Of a DNA stretch of 43,986 nt, positions 1-13,248 are shown one piece after another; within the stretch, counting starts at the first letter, position 1, and each line of letters begins with the position of its first letter. Under the pieces are notes generated by a model. It saw only the letters and a list, made by a program, of their open reading frames with translations. It did not search any database and had not been told where the DNA came from. Position numbers and translations under genes: made by a program. The stretch is taken from NCBI GenBank assembly GCA_051942245.1, contig JAVECL010000146.1:1-43986 (forward strand). The letters are read 5' to 3'. Source of the DNA: Trypethelium eluteriae. Lineage: Eukaryota.

Positions 1-2662
1 CACCTGCTCAAACACGTTCCGCCCCGCCGCCTGATCCCGCCTATGGTTCTCCAGCGCAGCAGCCAGCGCGCGGGGATCTTCCTCCGCCGCCCCCGCCGTC
101 GCCGCCGCTGCCAGTGCAACATCCTCGCTGCGGACCCGGCGGATCAGCGTGTCATCCATGCGGACCCATTCGCGGCCTTCCTGGCGGCGCACGTCGACCG
201 TGTAGTGGCCGCCCGTGGCGTTCTTGCCGTGATGGTAGACGACAGAGATGAGGCGGTATTTGGGGGGGCCGGCCGAGGCGCCGCGCGAGCTCATGGCGCC
301 GCGTTTGCTGGGGGGGAAGGCTTCCTTGGGGATCTCGAGCTCGAGCGGGTAGCCGATGCGCTTCCAGATCTTTTGCGTGCCGCCGGAGCTGTCGTATTGG
401 AAGCGTTTGAGGTGGAGAATGAGGACTGGGGGTAGGGTTTCGATGAAGACCTGTTTGGTGGCGGTGCTGGACCCGCGCGGCGAGTTGAAGTCGCCGGAAA
501 GGGTTTCAGAACGGGTGAGATTTTTGAGAGCGTCGGTGATGGAGTTGACTTGAGGAGCGCCGATATCCAATTGGAGGGGTTTGTATGGCTCGAGAGTCAC
601 GGAGTTTTTGAGGCCTGGTACTCTTAGCTCCGAACGTAGTTTGCCTCCGAAAATCTTGGTGACGGGAGTAGGAACGGATGGGGAGCCCGATGATCGAGTA
701 ATCGCAGCTTTCTGTTTAGGGCCAACCTCGAGCCAACCACCGTCAGTAGGAGCTGTGGGAGATGGGATCGGAGTATTTTCAGAAGACAGAGATGGAGTAT
801 TTTGAAGAGCGCTCTTCATAACAAGTGCGCATTCGTCGTGCAGACCCTCAAGAAGGAAACCCAGGAATTCTTCAGCATCTTGTTGGTGACCTCTCTGAAT
901 AACATTAGTTACAAGCCTGATTTTTTTCTGGTGCTCCTGACTTACCCTCATGGAAGAAAATCTTGGCAGTTGCTTTATAACGTCATAGACATATTCCGGA
1001 GCGAAGGCTTCGCCGTACTGTTCTAGCTCGCTATCTTTCAAGCGCATCCGCAATTGCTCAACGGAGACCGCCGAGTCAATAACGTTAAATTCACGCATAA
1101 ACATGATCCTGGCCACCGTTAGCTCTTTCTATGCATAGGCGTTGCAGACAGCTTACATGGCATCAACCAAAGGAGTATCACTTTTGAAATTATGCACTGC
1201 CCGCTTGCCGACCTGATCCAGAAAGTCGTAAAAAGGTACGCAGAAAACAAGAACTTGAAGAATCTATTTCCATGAGCGAACTGCAAAAGCATGGATTTCT
1301 CTCATACATACCGAATTCATATAGCACATATTACCAGTATTTACAAGCCCTCTGGGCTCTAAGAAACAGATCTTTCGTTCAGAATCCACCTCGAAATCTC
1401 TTAAAGCTTCGCCTAAGGAAGTTGTGCCTGAAGCGGATACACCGTTTGTAAGGGTGCCGTTCGAGGAAGGCAGAGTAGTTGTCGATGATGATGACGGAGG
1501 CGCCTTAGTTCGGACAAGGTCGGCCCAGGACTTTGGTGTGGGTTTTACGGCTGGAGATGTGGCATCAGATGCGTTCTCCGGCGATTGTGAAGGAGCTGAT
1601 GCTGTGGGTGTCACCGTATTGTTCTCCGAATGGTCAGGATCTACTAATCGCGGGTCTGGTGCTGTTGAAGTGGGCGCTTGATCGATGGACTGCGAAGCAC
1701 TTGGTACAGCTCGATGGTGAGAAGCTGCACTGCCCGGTATTATGGGTGTTGCAGGAATTATTGGCACTACTGGCCTAGTCTGTGTTCTGACGTGCGTTTG
1801 TGGTTGTGACACTGGCCGAGGGCCGGAAGATGTGGGGAGGCTGGAGGATGGCGTGGTTGGCTGTGTCGAGTCTGCTTCAGAAGGCGCCTGCGATGTAGCA
1901 GGCGTTTCCAGATCCGACGGAGCTGCCACCATCTGTTCCTTGATGTCTTTGGGCTCCTCAGCGGAAGGCATATCTCCTGATTGATCTCTTGAAGGAAGCT
2001 TTAGTGGCTCTTCAGAAAACTGAAGGTCGCGTCTGCGACGGCGACGACGTAGTGCTTTCGGCGGAAAGGGTTCATCTGGGTTTGAATACCACGGAAGCTG
2101 TAAGATTCAAAGTCAGCCAACGTTTAATAGCAAAGATCCAGTCATGAGGATGTATTACCTGTGGATAAAATGGTATTCTTGTTGTTGGAGGTGGGGGTGC
2201 ACTGAATGAAGGCCTTGATGAAGACGGTGCCGGGGAGGCAGAAGGTGCCAGAGAAGATCTAGGAGTCGGCGGCGAAGCCACGGCTTGAGAGCTCACGGGG
2301 GTTGTCGATGGTGGAGGTTGAGGAGTGTGTACAGGCGGAGGAACAACTGGCTGCCGTTGGACTGGGGGAGTTGGCTGTGGATGCGGGTGAGAAGATACTA
2401 TCATGGGTGAGTGCTGCTGATAGGGGCGCGGAGGATATGGATATGGCTGGTAGCCTGGATAGAATTGCTGCGGTGGTGGATAATGGAGAGGGTGTCCATG
2501 ACTGTGATAGGGTGGATGGTAGTTCCCGTACGGGTTATGAGGCAGCGGCGAGTGCATCGGAGGTGGTGCGTGATGGTGGTAGTCACTCTGTCGACGGCCT
2601 GGATGCATGGGCATCGCCGGCGGGACATTGGAGGGTCCCGCCGGCGCCATATGAGAATTCAT
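1..2662 (-). CDS. UBP3: Ubiquitin-specific protease, Ubp3/USP10 family (3' end runs off the window)
   Basis: Exons 2662-2159, 2097-1312, 1263-1157, 1108-946 and 894-<1 join in frame through GT-AG introns. The product has a Pro/His-rich N-terminus, Cys box GLVNTGNMCYMNSILQ, HQQDAEEFL, LILHLKRF and His box VVYHHGKNATGGHYTVD. Confidence 0.93.
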
Positions 2663-3945
2663 TGGCCCGGTTGCTCCTTATGCCTCTGCAGTTGGCCTGG
2701 CTGATAACTGCGTGTACCAGCGGCCAAGCTGTAGAGGAATTGATAAAATCAATCTTGTCTCTTGCACAGTTCAGCTGTGATGATATGGGTCTGGTAGCGA
2801 GTTGTCTGGTACGATACCCGAAAAGGCCAACAAGGTATCGGTGATGGTTGTCGGGCAGTTGAATAGTTGATCGCACGACTTGGAAGGTGATGGATTGTCA
2901 GCGAGTAACACTCAGGCAAAAGAGCAATGTAACTCCCCGCATGTGCGTTGAGACAGCACCGGTATACATGGCTATTTAGAGCATGTAGTGCTTTAGAAAG
3001 AAACCAAAAGGTTGAGAGTAGCAGGAAGGATAGCGTTCGCTGCGATCAAAGTCCCAAGTTCAAGGCGGAGCTAAACCCCCGAATTTCGCCCGTAGATCAT
3101 GTTCCATGGAAAATAGACCACAACAGCGCCTTCGCAAGTTGCAAGAAAATTCTAGGCCTAAATCCGAAATCGAACTCACGTCTCTCGGAACAGACAGGAC
3201 CTCAGTTGGAGATAGCTGAGGTGATAGTGTGTGAAATCTCAAGACATCATCGAGGTGAGGCTGGGCAAACTACTTGTGGAAGGTCGGTTGAGATCTGAGG
3301 CAAAACAATGATTCATTCACTAGCCCAATAACTTGCTGGCGATATATCTACAGATAGATGTTGATACGAAGATAGAGCGCACGGTACTCTGATACTTAAA
3401 TTTCTAAATCTTGCACTGAAACTCTACTAACAGTTCGTAGTCCACTAGACTCATCGGAGTGACTGTGGGTCTACGCGTTCCTCAAAGCTTATTTTAAACT
3501 TAATGCAGGTACTATGCTCAGCACCTCTTCACTACGATGAAGTGATCGTGAGCCCAGACAAGATAAGGGCTGACGAGGCCGCTCCCACTCTTAACTACCA
3601 CATGGTCCTCAACAACAGAGTAACTCAACAGGAGCAGGCACTGTTTATTCGAAGCTATTTGTAACAGCGACGATTCCCTTCTGCGATACGTGAAGTCAAA
3701 TTGGTCGAGAGTGGGGCTCTTATCTCTAACCAACTGGCCTGCTCGTCTGTGTAGCGAAGACTCGGCGTGCGGGTAATAGTGGATTGTACGGCGAAGAGAT
3801 GCCGCCTTCTTGCTCACACCCTGCGAGTGAATAATTGTATGCTAATATTCGATCGTGCGGAGCGTTGTCCAGCATAATTTGATGAATTTGTTGATCGTTG
3901 CCTGCATGCCACAAGGCCTCTGGGTCAATTTGAAGGGCGACTGGA

Positions 3946-4510
3946 TCATTGGGCGGCCATGCTCTTTCTCAACTGGCGTTCTTTCTGCTGGGCCTGCAGC
4001 TCCAATCTGCTCACAGCGTAGCTCAATCTTTCTTTCTTTTGCCTCATTTGCATGACCTTAACATCATCCAGAGATGTGCCTTGTGCTGTAGTGGATCGAG
4101 GTACCGTGCCGCTTGTAGAACTTTTTCTATGCGCCGTGTCCTCCCCATGCGACAAACGTCCTCGTTGGAGTTCGCTCTTTGCTATTAAACTTTGCTCGCG
4201 TCTTTCCAATTTATCAAGGTAGTTGGAGACGCGATTAAGAAGAGAATCCACTTCGGGGCTAATCTCTGAAAGAAGGGAAGCTTGAGCGGCTTGAAGTTCC
4301 GACTCGGAAACAAGTTCGAAATGCTCGGATTAAGTCAGTCGTATATCTCTCGATTTGAGCTAAAGATCAATCGCCTACTCGAGTGGTCTGTAGGACTTTG
4401 GCAAGGCGCGGGTAATCATGCACGCCAGAGTCCAGAATCGATATTGACGATTCGAGAAGCTGCATACTTGATTGCAGCGAAGAAACGCATCCTGCCAAGG
4501 AAGAAGCCAT
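3946..4510 (-). CDS. SPC19: DASH/Dam1 kinetochore complex subunit Spc19 (~169 aa)
   Basis: Exons 4510-4379 and 4323-3946. Translation MASSLAGCVSSLQSSMQLLESSISILDSGVHDYPRLAKVLQTTR|HFELVSE...KKERLSYAVSRLELQ matches the Spc19 pattern. Confidence 0.9.
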
Positions 4511-4795
4511 CGTGGGAACGGGACGAGAAATCGGGGGACTTGGATGTTTCCGAGGAATATGGTGCGTATCTATGATGCACAACGGGTAGACGAACGCGAC
4601 ATGTTGACGCGGGGCTTCTCTAAAGCGGAGCGGGATCGCCGCCATGTCACGTGCAGCCCGCCAGCGAAGAACAGTCGACTTAAGGGCAGCAACTTCGAGC
4701 TTCTCATCTTCAATCCACTTTACGTCAATTGGCTCTCACAACACTCCAACCACCTTCTACCAGTACTGACGCCGTCCAATCACCTCAATCCCATC
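4511..4795. promoter_or_regulatory. Compact bidirectional promoter shared by SPC19 and ATP18
   Basis: Only 285 bp separate the divergent ATGs. Contains a GTCACGTG E-box (4646-4653) and ACGCG elements; their function is inferred, not shown. Confidence 0.55.
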
Positions 4796-5201
4796 ATGAG
4801 CTTGATAGGCAAGAAGTTCCCGGGCCCCGTCGGTAAGATGCCTTCTCCAAGCCCAACGAAAGTGACAAAGCTAATAGATCTTAAAGCCCAGCCAATGGCC
4901 CCTTTCTACATCGCCGGTACGTATATAAGGCGCATTGAATCAACTTCAATTGAGCGCATTCATGAAACGTTAACTCGTACGCTGACATGCTATATGCAGG
5001 TCTTGTTGTCCTATACGGCGTGAACTCCTTTGCAACCGCCATGATGAAGAGTTAGCTACCAACCCTCCCACCCTGCCTCTGCATCGGCAATACCAGATTG
5101 TACTTTGGATGTGGATGCTAATATCCGCGATAGCCGATGAATACAAGAACGACCCAAGAAACCCGTACTTCAAAGGCCAACAATCGAACGGTGACCACTA
5201 G
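4796..5201 (+). CDS. ATP18: Mitochondrial F1F0 ATP synthase subunit j/i (61 aa)
   Basis: Exons 4796-4832, 4887-4916, 5000-5050 and 5134-5201 give MSLIGKKFPGPVAQPMAPFYIAGLVVLYGVNSFATAMMKTDEYKNDPRNPYFKGQQSNGDH. KKFP and NDPRNP are diagnostic; introns carry CTAAT/CTGAC branch sites. Confidence 0.93.
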
Positions 5202-6297
5202 AGCTATACTATTTGCATGGCAACGGGAGGACGGAGAGCCGATCTTGAAACGAGACAGGGGCGCTGCTACATCTGTACATAACCATGATCTTAAGCTAAG
5301 ATGCAAAATCCACAAGGCACATTTCCGTGTTAGCTGCTGTATCATTTCCATTCCTGCCAGAAGGTCGCACATGGTGGCGTTCACTCTGGAGACATCTAGC
5401 TTCTGAGCGTCAAGACTGACGATGCAAGTGAACTCCTCTAATGATCCATTTTCAATTGGTATAGCTGAAAATCCCAGTTCCTTTGACGATTGGCGTCATT
5501 CGGAGAAAAATGATACGAGCACGGACTGGGCTGCCCTCCGGAGGTTTGTCAAGAGAAAGAGAGAAGCCTTACGGTGACCTCTACGAGATCAGTCTGCTTA
5601 CTGATGAATTACAATGACTCAGCTGGACACATCAGCTCTCCCGCTTTTCATAGCGATAGTTTGCTACTTATTTCCATTCCTTGAAGTTACACCTGCGTGC
5701 TTAGGTCACCGCCCTAGGAAAGCGCGTTCACGGGACTAACGAAGGGAAACACACAGAGTCACCTCTGCATTCACCTCGCGGTATTTGAAAAAGAAACGCA
5801 TTAATTCGGCAGTCATCGACATTCGTATTCGTTGAGCAGTAAGTCATGACTAAGTTTGAGACGATGAAGTTCCATTGATTTCCAGGAATAGCAGGCTTGA
5901 ACTGAATTTGTCTAGGTTACATGTCTATGCAAGCTTCGGAGTCAATCTACCTTTGATATCATTGATCAGAATTTGTGGCTAGGGGCATTCACACGAGAAC
6001 AGTTTTCATGAATTACTCATATCGCGTTCTAAATACTAGGGCTCACACTTGGCTAAGCGTTCATAAGGGCCCTGGATCGAGCGGATGTGTTCATTCAATA
6101 TCCAATGCTATCAGATACGTCCGGAGTATATCTTGGATTCATCGTCAAGGTCGTCTGGTTGATACTTAGGTTCACTTCATTAACGACATAACTTCTTTTG
6201 AACAGACAGATTATACGGTTAACCTCGGTCAGCTTTCCCTAATATTGTCGAACTTTGTTCACAAGCCGTGTCTGGATGCCCCCAAGCTCCATCGAAA

Positions 6298-7494
6298 ATG
6301 GCGACCTTAAGCACCCCGGCATCCAGACCTCAAACTATCTGTCTTAGCGAAGCTTCTTCCCCAATCGGTGCGAGTCGCGAACCTTCTCCTACAGATGACA
6401 GCAATCCTAGCGAAGTCCCAGTCGTTCATTCCCCTAAATACTCCCCAATATCCCCACCTTCCAGCCACCCACCGGCACTCCCCTCACCAGAGCCCTCCTC
6501 TCTCTCTCTAACCATTCTATCACCCCGATCGTACCTCACTCCGCCCCTCCCGGCACCTCCACGACCCCCGATTCCAGCCTCGACCACAAAACCCTTAAGG
6601 AAAAGCACCGCCTCGTCCGCCTGCTGATCTACAAATGGGGCCGCAACTTCCCCGCTTTCCTCGAACACCTCCACCACCCGAAAGCCGTGCGTCTCACCGA
6701 CGGTAGCATGCGACGGGCGCGCATTGGCGACGCCGACCAGGCGATGTGGACATTGCCGCCGACGCTGTGGTCCGTGGATCTGTTGATGCAGCTGCGAGAG
6801 ATGGCGGAGACGGAAGCGGTGGATCGAGTGACGGCGAGCCGGAACATCGCGGTGCAGATTGAGCGGCGGCTGAAGAGGAGGCAGGGGGTGAAGACGGTGG
6901 GGATGGTGGCGGTGGATGTGAGAAAGGCGATGGCGGCCATTAGGAGGGTCAGGAGACAGGGAATGGGGAATGAGAGGGGGAGTCATGGGGTGGGAGAGGA
7001 AGGGAAGGTTGGCGATGGAGAGGCTGGAGAAAGGATGGTATGTTGTCTTTACTGTGTTGCTTCTCATCTTCTAATTGGTATGCTAGCAGGCTAGTCCGAC
7101 GCAGTCACTGCCGGAGAAGCAGTCTTCTGTCGACAGTCTAGTTCCCCCTGATGATTCGAGTCCGGTGACCGGAGACGGGGCGGAAGCCGAAGTCGATGGC
7201 TCATCGTCCGCAAACTCCTCAAGCTCCACGACTCAACTTGGCAGCGCAGCTGCTGTATCCTCTGCCGCTTCTGAGCCCTTCCTGTTTCAGACGGTGCGGA
7301 AGCTCAGGCGTGAACTCGAGGACATCGGCTTCGACCGGCGAGAGTTATACCTAGATCGGCAGGAGGCGAGAATTAGGGCAGCCTTGCAGGATGTTCAGAA
7401 GAATGAGGGCCTAGATGAGGACCTTTTTAGAGACGGTGATAGTAGAATGGATGGAGCTCGGAGCTGGGTTAGTCCTCGGGAGCACAGCTCGTGA
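6298..7494 (+). CDS. Hypothetical protein with Pro/Ser-rich N-terminus and basic helical core
   Basis: Three ORF segments join in frame using exons 6298-6530, 6578-7037 and 7090-7494. Intron 2 is canonical (GTATGT..CTAAT..CAG); intron 1 is weak. Confidence 0.55.
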
Positions 7495-9208
7495 TATATC
7501 CTACTAGTTCCTCAAATCTCCTATCAGCAGACTATCGACGCCGCCCGTGCAAGGTTACATAGCTTTGAGTCTTGCCATGGCAAATTACTGGCTTCTAGGT
7601 AGTTTAGGTACGATTGCTAGGAGACTTAAGAGTCTTATGTGTTTCAAATGTCGGAAATAAAGAGAAAGAAAGTAATTTTCTCCATAAAATCCCCTCGAAT
7701 TTTTGCTTCAGGTGCGTGCACTTCGGAGTACAGTGTTGCAACCGCAATAGAGTTTACTTGTCTCTGATTGGGTTGGTAATTCCAACGATAGCCTGTGAAT
7801 AAATGCGTCATACCACTTTCCAGCAGTAGAATATGGAAGGGATAGGAAGTCCGCGGCTTTCGGTCAAGCGCGTGTATTTGGGGTGAGATGAGATGAATAT
7901 TGTATTGGAGGAAAAACGTGCAAACGTACAACTCTTCTATCTTGAAAGCAGATTGGCCGTAGGACATCCCAATTTCTGCCAAGCAGAGATAATTTAGATA
8001 AACACAGGGATCGTTATCTAACGAAGGCGTTTTGTGAAGCAATTGCCTGTCCCAACATCCAACTAGTCAAGCATGGAACGCCCCAATGTGCGGAGCCTTG
8101 CTGGGCGAAAGAACCTTTTCACATTGCCCAAGACTTCCTGAAGCTGCAGACAGCTGCGTGATATTACTTTCGGACAAGGCGTCAGAGGCTTTCATTCATA
8201 CTTATCCCGCTCTTTATGCAGTCCAGTAGGCTGGTCACAGGCAAACATTCAGATCGTTTACCAATTACAGCATTTGTTGTATCTTAGAGGCAATTTTGCA
8301 GGCACATTCACTATCTGTTGGCATGTTGCTAGGTTCTGCTCATATGCATAGATTACGTGGCGAAATCGAAGAGTTTCGGCTTATATGCCCAAGGCTGTTC
8401 GGCATTATCCTACTCCCTTTTCGTCGAGCGAGCGGTTAAAAGGGTAAGTCCAAGATAATGCATCTGGACCAAATTGGAATTTCTGATTAAGCAAATAAAG
8501 CTACGTTCAGCAGAATAATCCTGATGAGCCTTGGGTCAGTAAGTTGAAACACATTGATAGACCTGAACAGAGTAAATGACCTAAGAGACACCATGTGAGA
8601 GAATTTTGCTAGCCATACCCACAACCTTTCTTGAATAAGCTTCAGGTTCCCGGAATGAACGTAGAAAGCCCTTTCACCCTATCATACGCATGAAAGGATT
8701 CTACGCTGGTTACCTAGATATGCGAAATCCAAGCCACATTGTGTGACCTCGCTACAACACAGACATCTAATGTTCGAACCCTTGGGCCTCGCATAACATT
8801 AGAACAAAGGATCAAAGTAAATCTCAGCTAGTGCCGTGACAAAGTCCATGTAGACCCTAGAGAATTTGTAGAGGATAATGGCGATGTTGCAATTCAATTC
8901 CGAACTTTAACATCTTCCGAGAGTCGATACGAGGCAGGATATACTGCATCAAGTGAGGACAGGGTATTGATTTTTAAAGATCATTGAAGCAATTGCCCTG
9001 ACGAAAGTATTCGTAGACTGCATTTTGGAACAGTGGTCCAGCCACGATGTTTACAAGTATCAGACTCTTCTCTACCTTTTTGTTTCTCATTGAAAACGAG
9101 ACAGTCTCGGCTCTAAGCTATCCTATGCAAGACCTTTGAGAAGATTCCTTTGGCCTAAGCTCATCGATTGTGGAATCTGAATCAACATCTCCGCATCTCG
9201 AATTCTTT

Positions 9209-10130
9209 TTGGCTGCACCTGCGCTTCCTCCACCCCCTGGAGTGCAACCCAATTTCGATAGTCCTCAAGATAAAAGGCTTCTACGAGGGACTGTTGCTAT
9301 ATTGGCAATCTAATTAGCGACATTTGCTCTGCTCGTAAGATTCTGCGCACAAAGATTTCTTATTCGGAGAGTGCGAAGTGCAGAATGTAAGTTCGACTTT
9401 ACGTTAAGTCAATTACGGCCGAGGGCGATTGCCTCTGGACATTCGACATTCTCGAGATAATAAGCGCCATTAATGCCATTTCTGATGTTGTTATTTTGGT
9501 CCAACGTCAAGCGGTGATCTAGAAGTTGCAGATGTCAAGGAAGAGGAAGACATATCTTTCTCCCGTTTTCCTGCCAGGTATTCCGTGAGAACCCCCAAGA
9601 CAAGGAAGTTGAATGACTGCACTCCACTAAGCTGATATGGTGTAACGCTTGCACTGAATTCATCGCGAGGTTTGGCTACACCAGTGGGCCTATGAATAAA
9701 GCCGAGCGTACATACTGTGTGTGGTATCAAGGGCCCTGGACGCTTCTGGAGATGAGTTTTGGCATCATCGCTGCTTGGCTACTAGATTCGGGGAAGTTTG
9801 TTTGGGCACTGGAAGGAAGCAACAAGGTTCCCTACCTCAAAAGATATACACGGCTCAGCAAGTTTCCAAAGAGGAAATGAAGTAATGACTCTCTCGGCCA
9901 CAGACTCAGAGAAGAGAGACAAAGTCGAGCTGGTGAGACGGCTCAGACAGACAAACCCCACAGTGAGTAACCCAGCATTGCCAGGCGAGAGAGGAACGTT
10001 TAAAGCTGCTTCAATTACTCACTTGAATGGGTACTCGAAGATTAAAACGCACAGGAATCAGCAGGATATTGAAGCTGGTATGCATGGAGTGAAATACGGT
10101 TCACGGAATGGCATTGTTGTCCGCCGTTGA
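9209..10130 (+). pseudogene. Degraded PTH11-like (fungal rhodopsin-domain) integral membrane protein
   Basis: Family-typical fragments: PALPPPPGVQPNFDSP, FALLVRFCAQ, SAINAISDVVIL...VI*KLQMSRKRK, WTLLEMSFGIIAAW. In-frame stops occur (TAA 9311; TAG replacing the conserved Trp) and the central helices are missing. Confidence 0.75.
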
Positions 10131-10815
10131 GCCTTGGTTAATGAACTGACGAATTGCGTGAACAAGGTAGAGTGTTCTCGCTCAGTCTCAAAGTTTGTGA
10201 TCGGTTGCCATGGCGATATCGTTACCGTCGTTACGGGTGTTCAAATGTCCTACGGATGCAGTGACACCTTAAAACTCTAGTACGTTGGACAAGTGAATAA
10301 CGTTAGCTCCTGAGCAATTATCCTCATAGGGACGAACGGCAAGCAAGACGAGGTTCCTGTAGTTCTTGTAGATATCGGGTATTTTGCCAGAGCACCGTAC
10401 AATGCAGGTGCGGAGTTAAGACTGGCCGATGGACCGACGGAGCTCTTTCGTTATCGTGACAAAGCATCGTGTCTAATACCCTCTGCATACCTGATCCTTC
10501 TTGTGAAAAAGGCTTTCTGTATTCGAATGGGGCATCGAGAGTTATCGTGTCAGGGTCAGATAAAACCGATAACTCCGAGTTGACTTCATCCGCATGGTTT
10601 AAGGCCGATATGTCCACTGCCGGCTGGGGGCCAATGGAACGTCAAAAATGGAGACGAAGTACCCCGAAGATTCTGGCCATTGGTGCTCGATGAAGGGCAT
10701 GCTCGCTGTCTGCATGTAGCTATCTGCACGTTTGCGACGTGGCTCGACTGTCAAGACAGCTATTCAACACGCCTAACCCACTCTCTCATTTTCTATTCTT
10801 CACAACAAAGATAAA

Positions 10816-11891
10816 ATGGTCACAAGATACGGCAAAGATCAGCGTCAGGGCTTCTCCAACCGCATCGAGAAGGTGGCTATTGTTGGGGTAAGTTGCACTT
10901 CTACGCCGTCAGGTCAAAGTTAAGACAGCCATCTCTGACTGAATGTTAGGCCGGCGGCCAGATGGGAAAATACTTTGCAGAGCACTTGGTCAAGACTGGA
11001 AAGCACATCGTGACGGCCATCACTCGACCCAGTAGCACCAGCAAGCAGCCCGAAGGCGTCCAAGTCGTCCGCGTCGACTATGGCGGCGACGACGACACGG
11101 CACTGGTGGAGGCGCTCCGAGGGCAGCAGGTCCTAATCATTACCATGTCTGTCGCAGCACCCAGTGGCACAATTAGCAAGATCGTGCGCGCAGCCGCCAA
11201 AGCGGGAGTCCCATATGTCCTGCCCAATTGGTTTGGCCATGACGCCGCCAACGACGCGTTGTGTAAAGACAGCTTGTTCATCGAGATCCGCGACAGTATC
11301 TGCAGCGAGATCGAGAGTCTCGGCGTCAGCTCATACCTGCTGTTGAATTGCAACTTCTGGTACGAGTTCAGCCTGGGCGGGGGACCAGATCGCTACGGCT
11401 TTGACTTCACAAAACGCTCCCTAGTTTTGTTCGACGACGGTAAAGTAGCCATTAATACCAGCACCTGGCCACAGTGCGGCAGAGCCATCGCCAACCTACT
11501 GAGTTTGAAGGAACTTCCCGACGACGAGAAGGACCAGTCGCCTACGCTATCGCGGTTCCGCAACGGCTCTATCTATATCTCGAGCTTCCTCGTGAACCAG
11601 CGCGATATGTTTGAGAATGTCAAGCGCGTCACAGGCACCACGGATACCGATTGGACCATCACCCACGAATCCGCCGAACAACGCTGGAAGGATGGCATGG
11701 CTGCCTTGCAACAGGGCAGTAGGAAGGCATTTGTGAAGGTACTGTACAGCCGCATGTTCTTCCCCAACGGCGACGGTGACTACCAGTCCAGCCGAGGCCT
11801 CCACAATGACCTGCTTCGACTGCCGGTCGAAAATTTGGATGAGTACACAGCCATTGCTGTCCGTATGGGAGAGAACGGCGAGGTGCAATAA
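10816..11891 (+). CDS. CipA-like / NmrA-family NAD(P)-binding oxidoreductase (~337 aa)
   Basis: Exons 10816-10887 and 10950-11891 (GTAAGT..CTGAC..TAG). The Rossmann motif VAIVG|AGGQMG spans the splice junction; also AAAKAGVPYVLPNWFG and INTSTWPQCGRA. Confidence 0.9.
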
Positions 11892-13248
11892 TCACACCAA
11901 GGGAGGAATCATGCCGCTGGCAAAACATTGGTATAGAATGGTGAAGCCTTGAGAAGGAGAGAGCGTGGGTGAATAGCTCGCATACATTGTCTACCCCCAA
12001 TTAGCAATGGAATACCACCTTATGTCTCCTGTCTTGGCCCTTTTGCTCTCTCTCTGTTTCCTTTTATCTAGCAGAAAATCGAAGAGAAGTCAGCCTGTCC
12101 CATTTCAATTGGTCCGATTTGATATTCAGCAGCAAATGGTATTTGTTGGGTAGTGTCTAAGCCACATAGCTAGGTCTTGGTGTCAAACCAGGGAAAAAGG
12201 AGTCTTTGGACTGCACTCTCCCCTTCCCGTCGTATCAAATTGGAATGGGACGGTTAAGATGAAGTGTGAAAAGCCTTGCATGGGGTTTATGGCAAAGTCA
12301 GAGGCATAAGGGTTGGCTGTCAGACTGAGTGGCTTCTCTGGAAGTAACCCGAAGAGGACATCGGACCTTGGAGCTGCAATTACAGTACTGTAGGGAGAAA
12401 AGGGCCATTCGAATGCACCTCTGCGTTACCAGCGGCTTTGGGACGACACAAATTTGGCGAACATGTTGCGTGATCAGTTGAAAGAATGGCCATCTTTTGA
12501 ATGCCGTATTTTCGCCGGAGATTTGGTGCTTATATCGCCGTGCATAATTCAGACTCCGCTACATCGTACTCCTCCATACGCTAATCCTATAAAAGGTTAG
12601 AGGCAGCCCCCTGCTAGCGCAACGTGTTGAGGAGCAAAATTCTGCGCGACTCCACACGCTCTGATACACAACAAAACCCTGCTAGCGGGATGTACTGGGA
12701 AATCAGAAGTCCATCTCACTCCAATCACTGTGAAGCTCCAAATTCCGGCGGGTCGTTTGCATTGCATCGGAGAAGGGTAAAGGAGCGGCCATCGCACGGA
12801 ATTTTAGGACAGGTACTCTATTTTGGCCGCTCAATGAATGACGTACCGCAATGTTTCCCAATCGAAATGCATAAGAACTTTCGCCGGCCATGACCGATCG
12901 CAGAGTTCATACAAAGAATAACTTTACTTGCGCTTAGGTCCCCGCAAGGACTGATATGCAAATCTGTCCTACAACAAGTAAGGTACTGAGCAGATTAGAT
13001 CATAGGTTTCGGTTTAACCACTTGGCTGAAAGTAGGTCATTTTTGAATCTGTTCTACTATATACTAAAACTCTCAACTCCTTTGCTATTATTTAAATAAG
13101 AGGTGATCCTGCTTTTCAAGGACTTCTGGATTTTCCTGTCCTTAAGCAGTCTGGATCTCTATCACATCGAAGCAGAAAAAGATCGCTGAGATATAAGGCC
13201 CACCACTGCTCTGTCGTGGAGTGCCTTCACTTGAACATTCAAAACACT

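Noticed and set aside
43..2844. Plus-strand ORFs overlapping UBP3
   Set aside because: They are antisense shadows of a well-supported minus-strand gene.
10140..10760. Possible relic of a transcription factor divergent from the oxidoreductase (VEPRRKRA...)
   Set aside because: No Zn2Cys6 cysteines or other diagnostic motif is visible.
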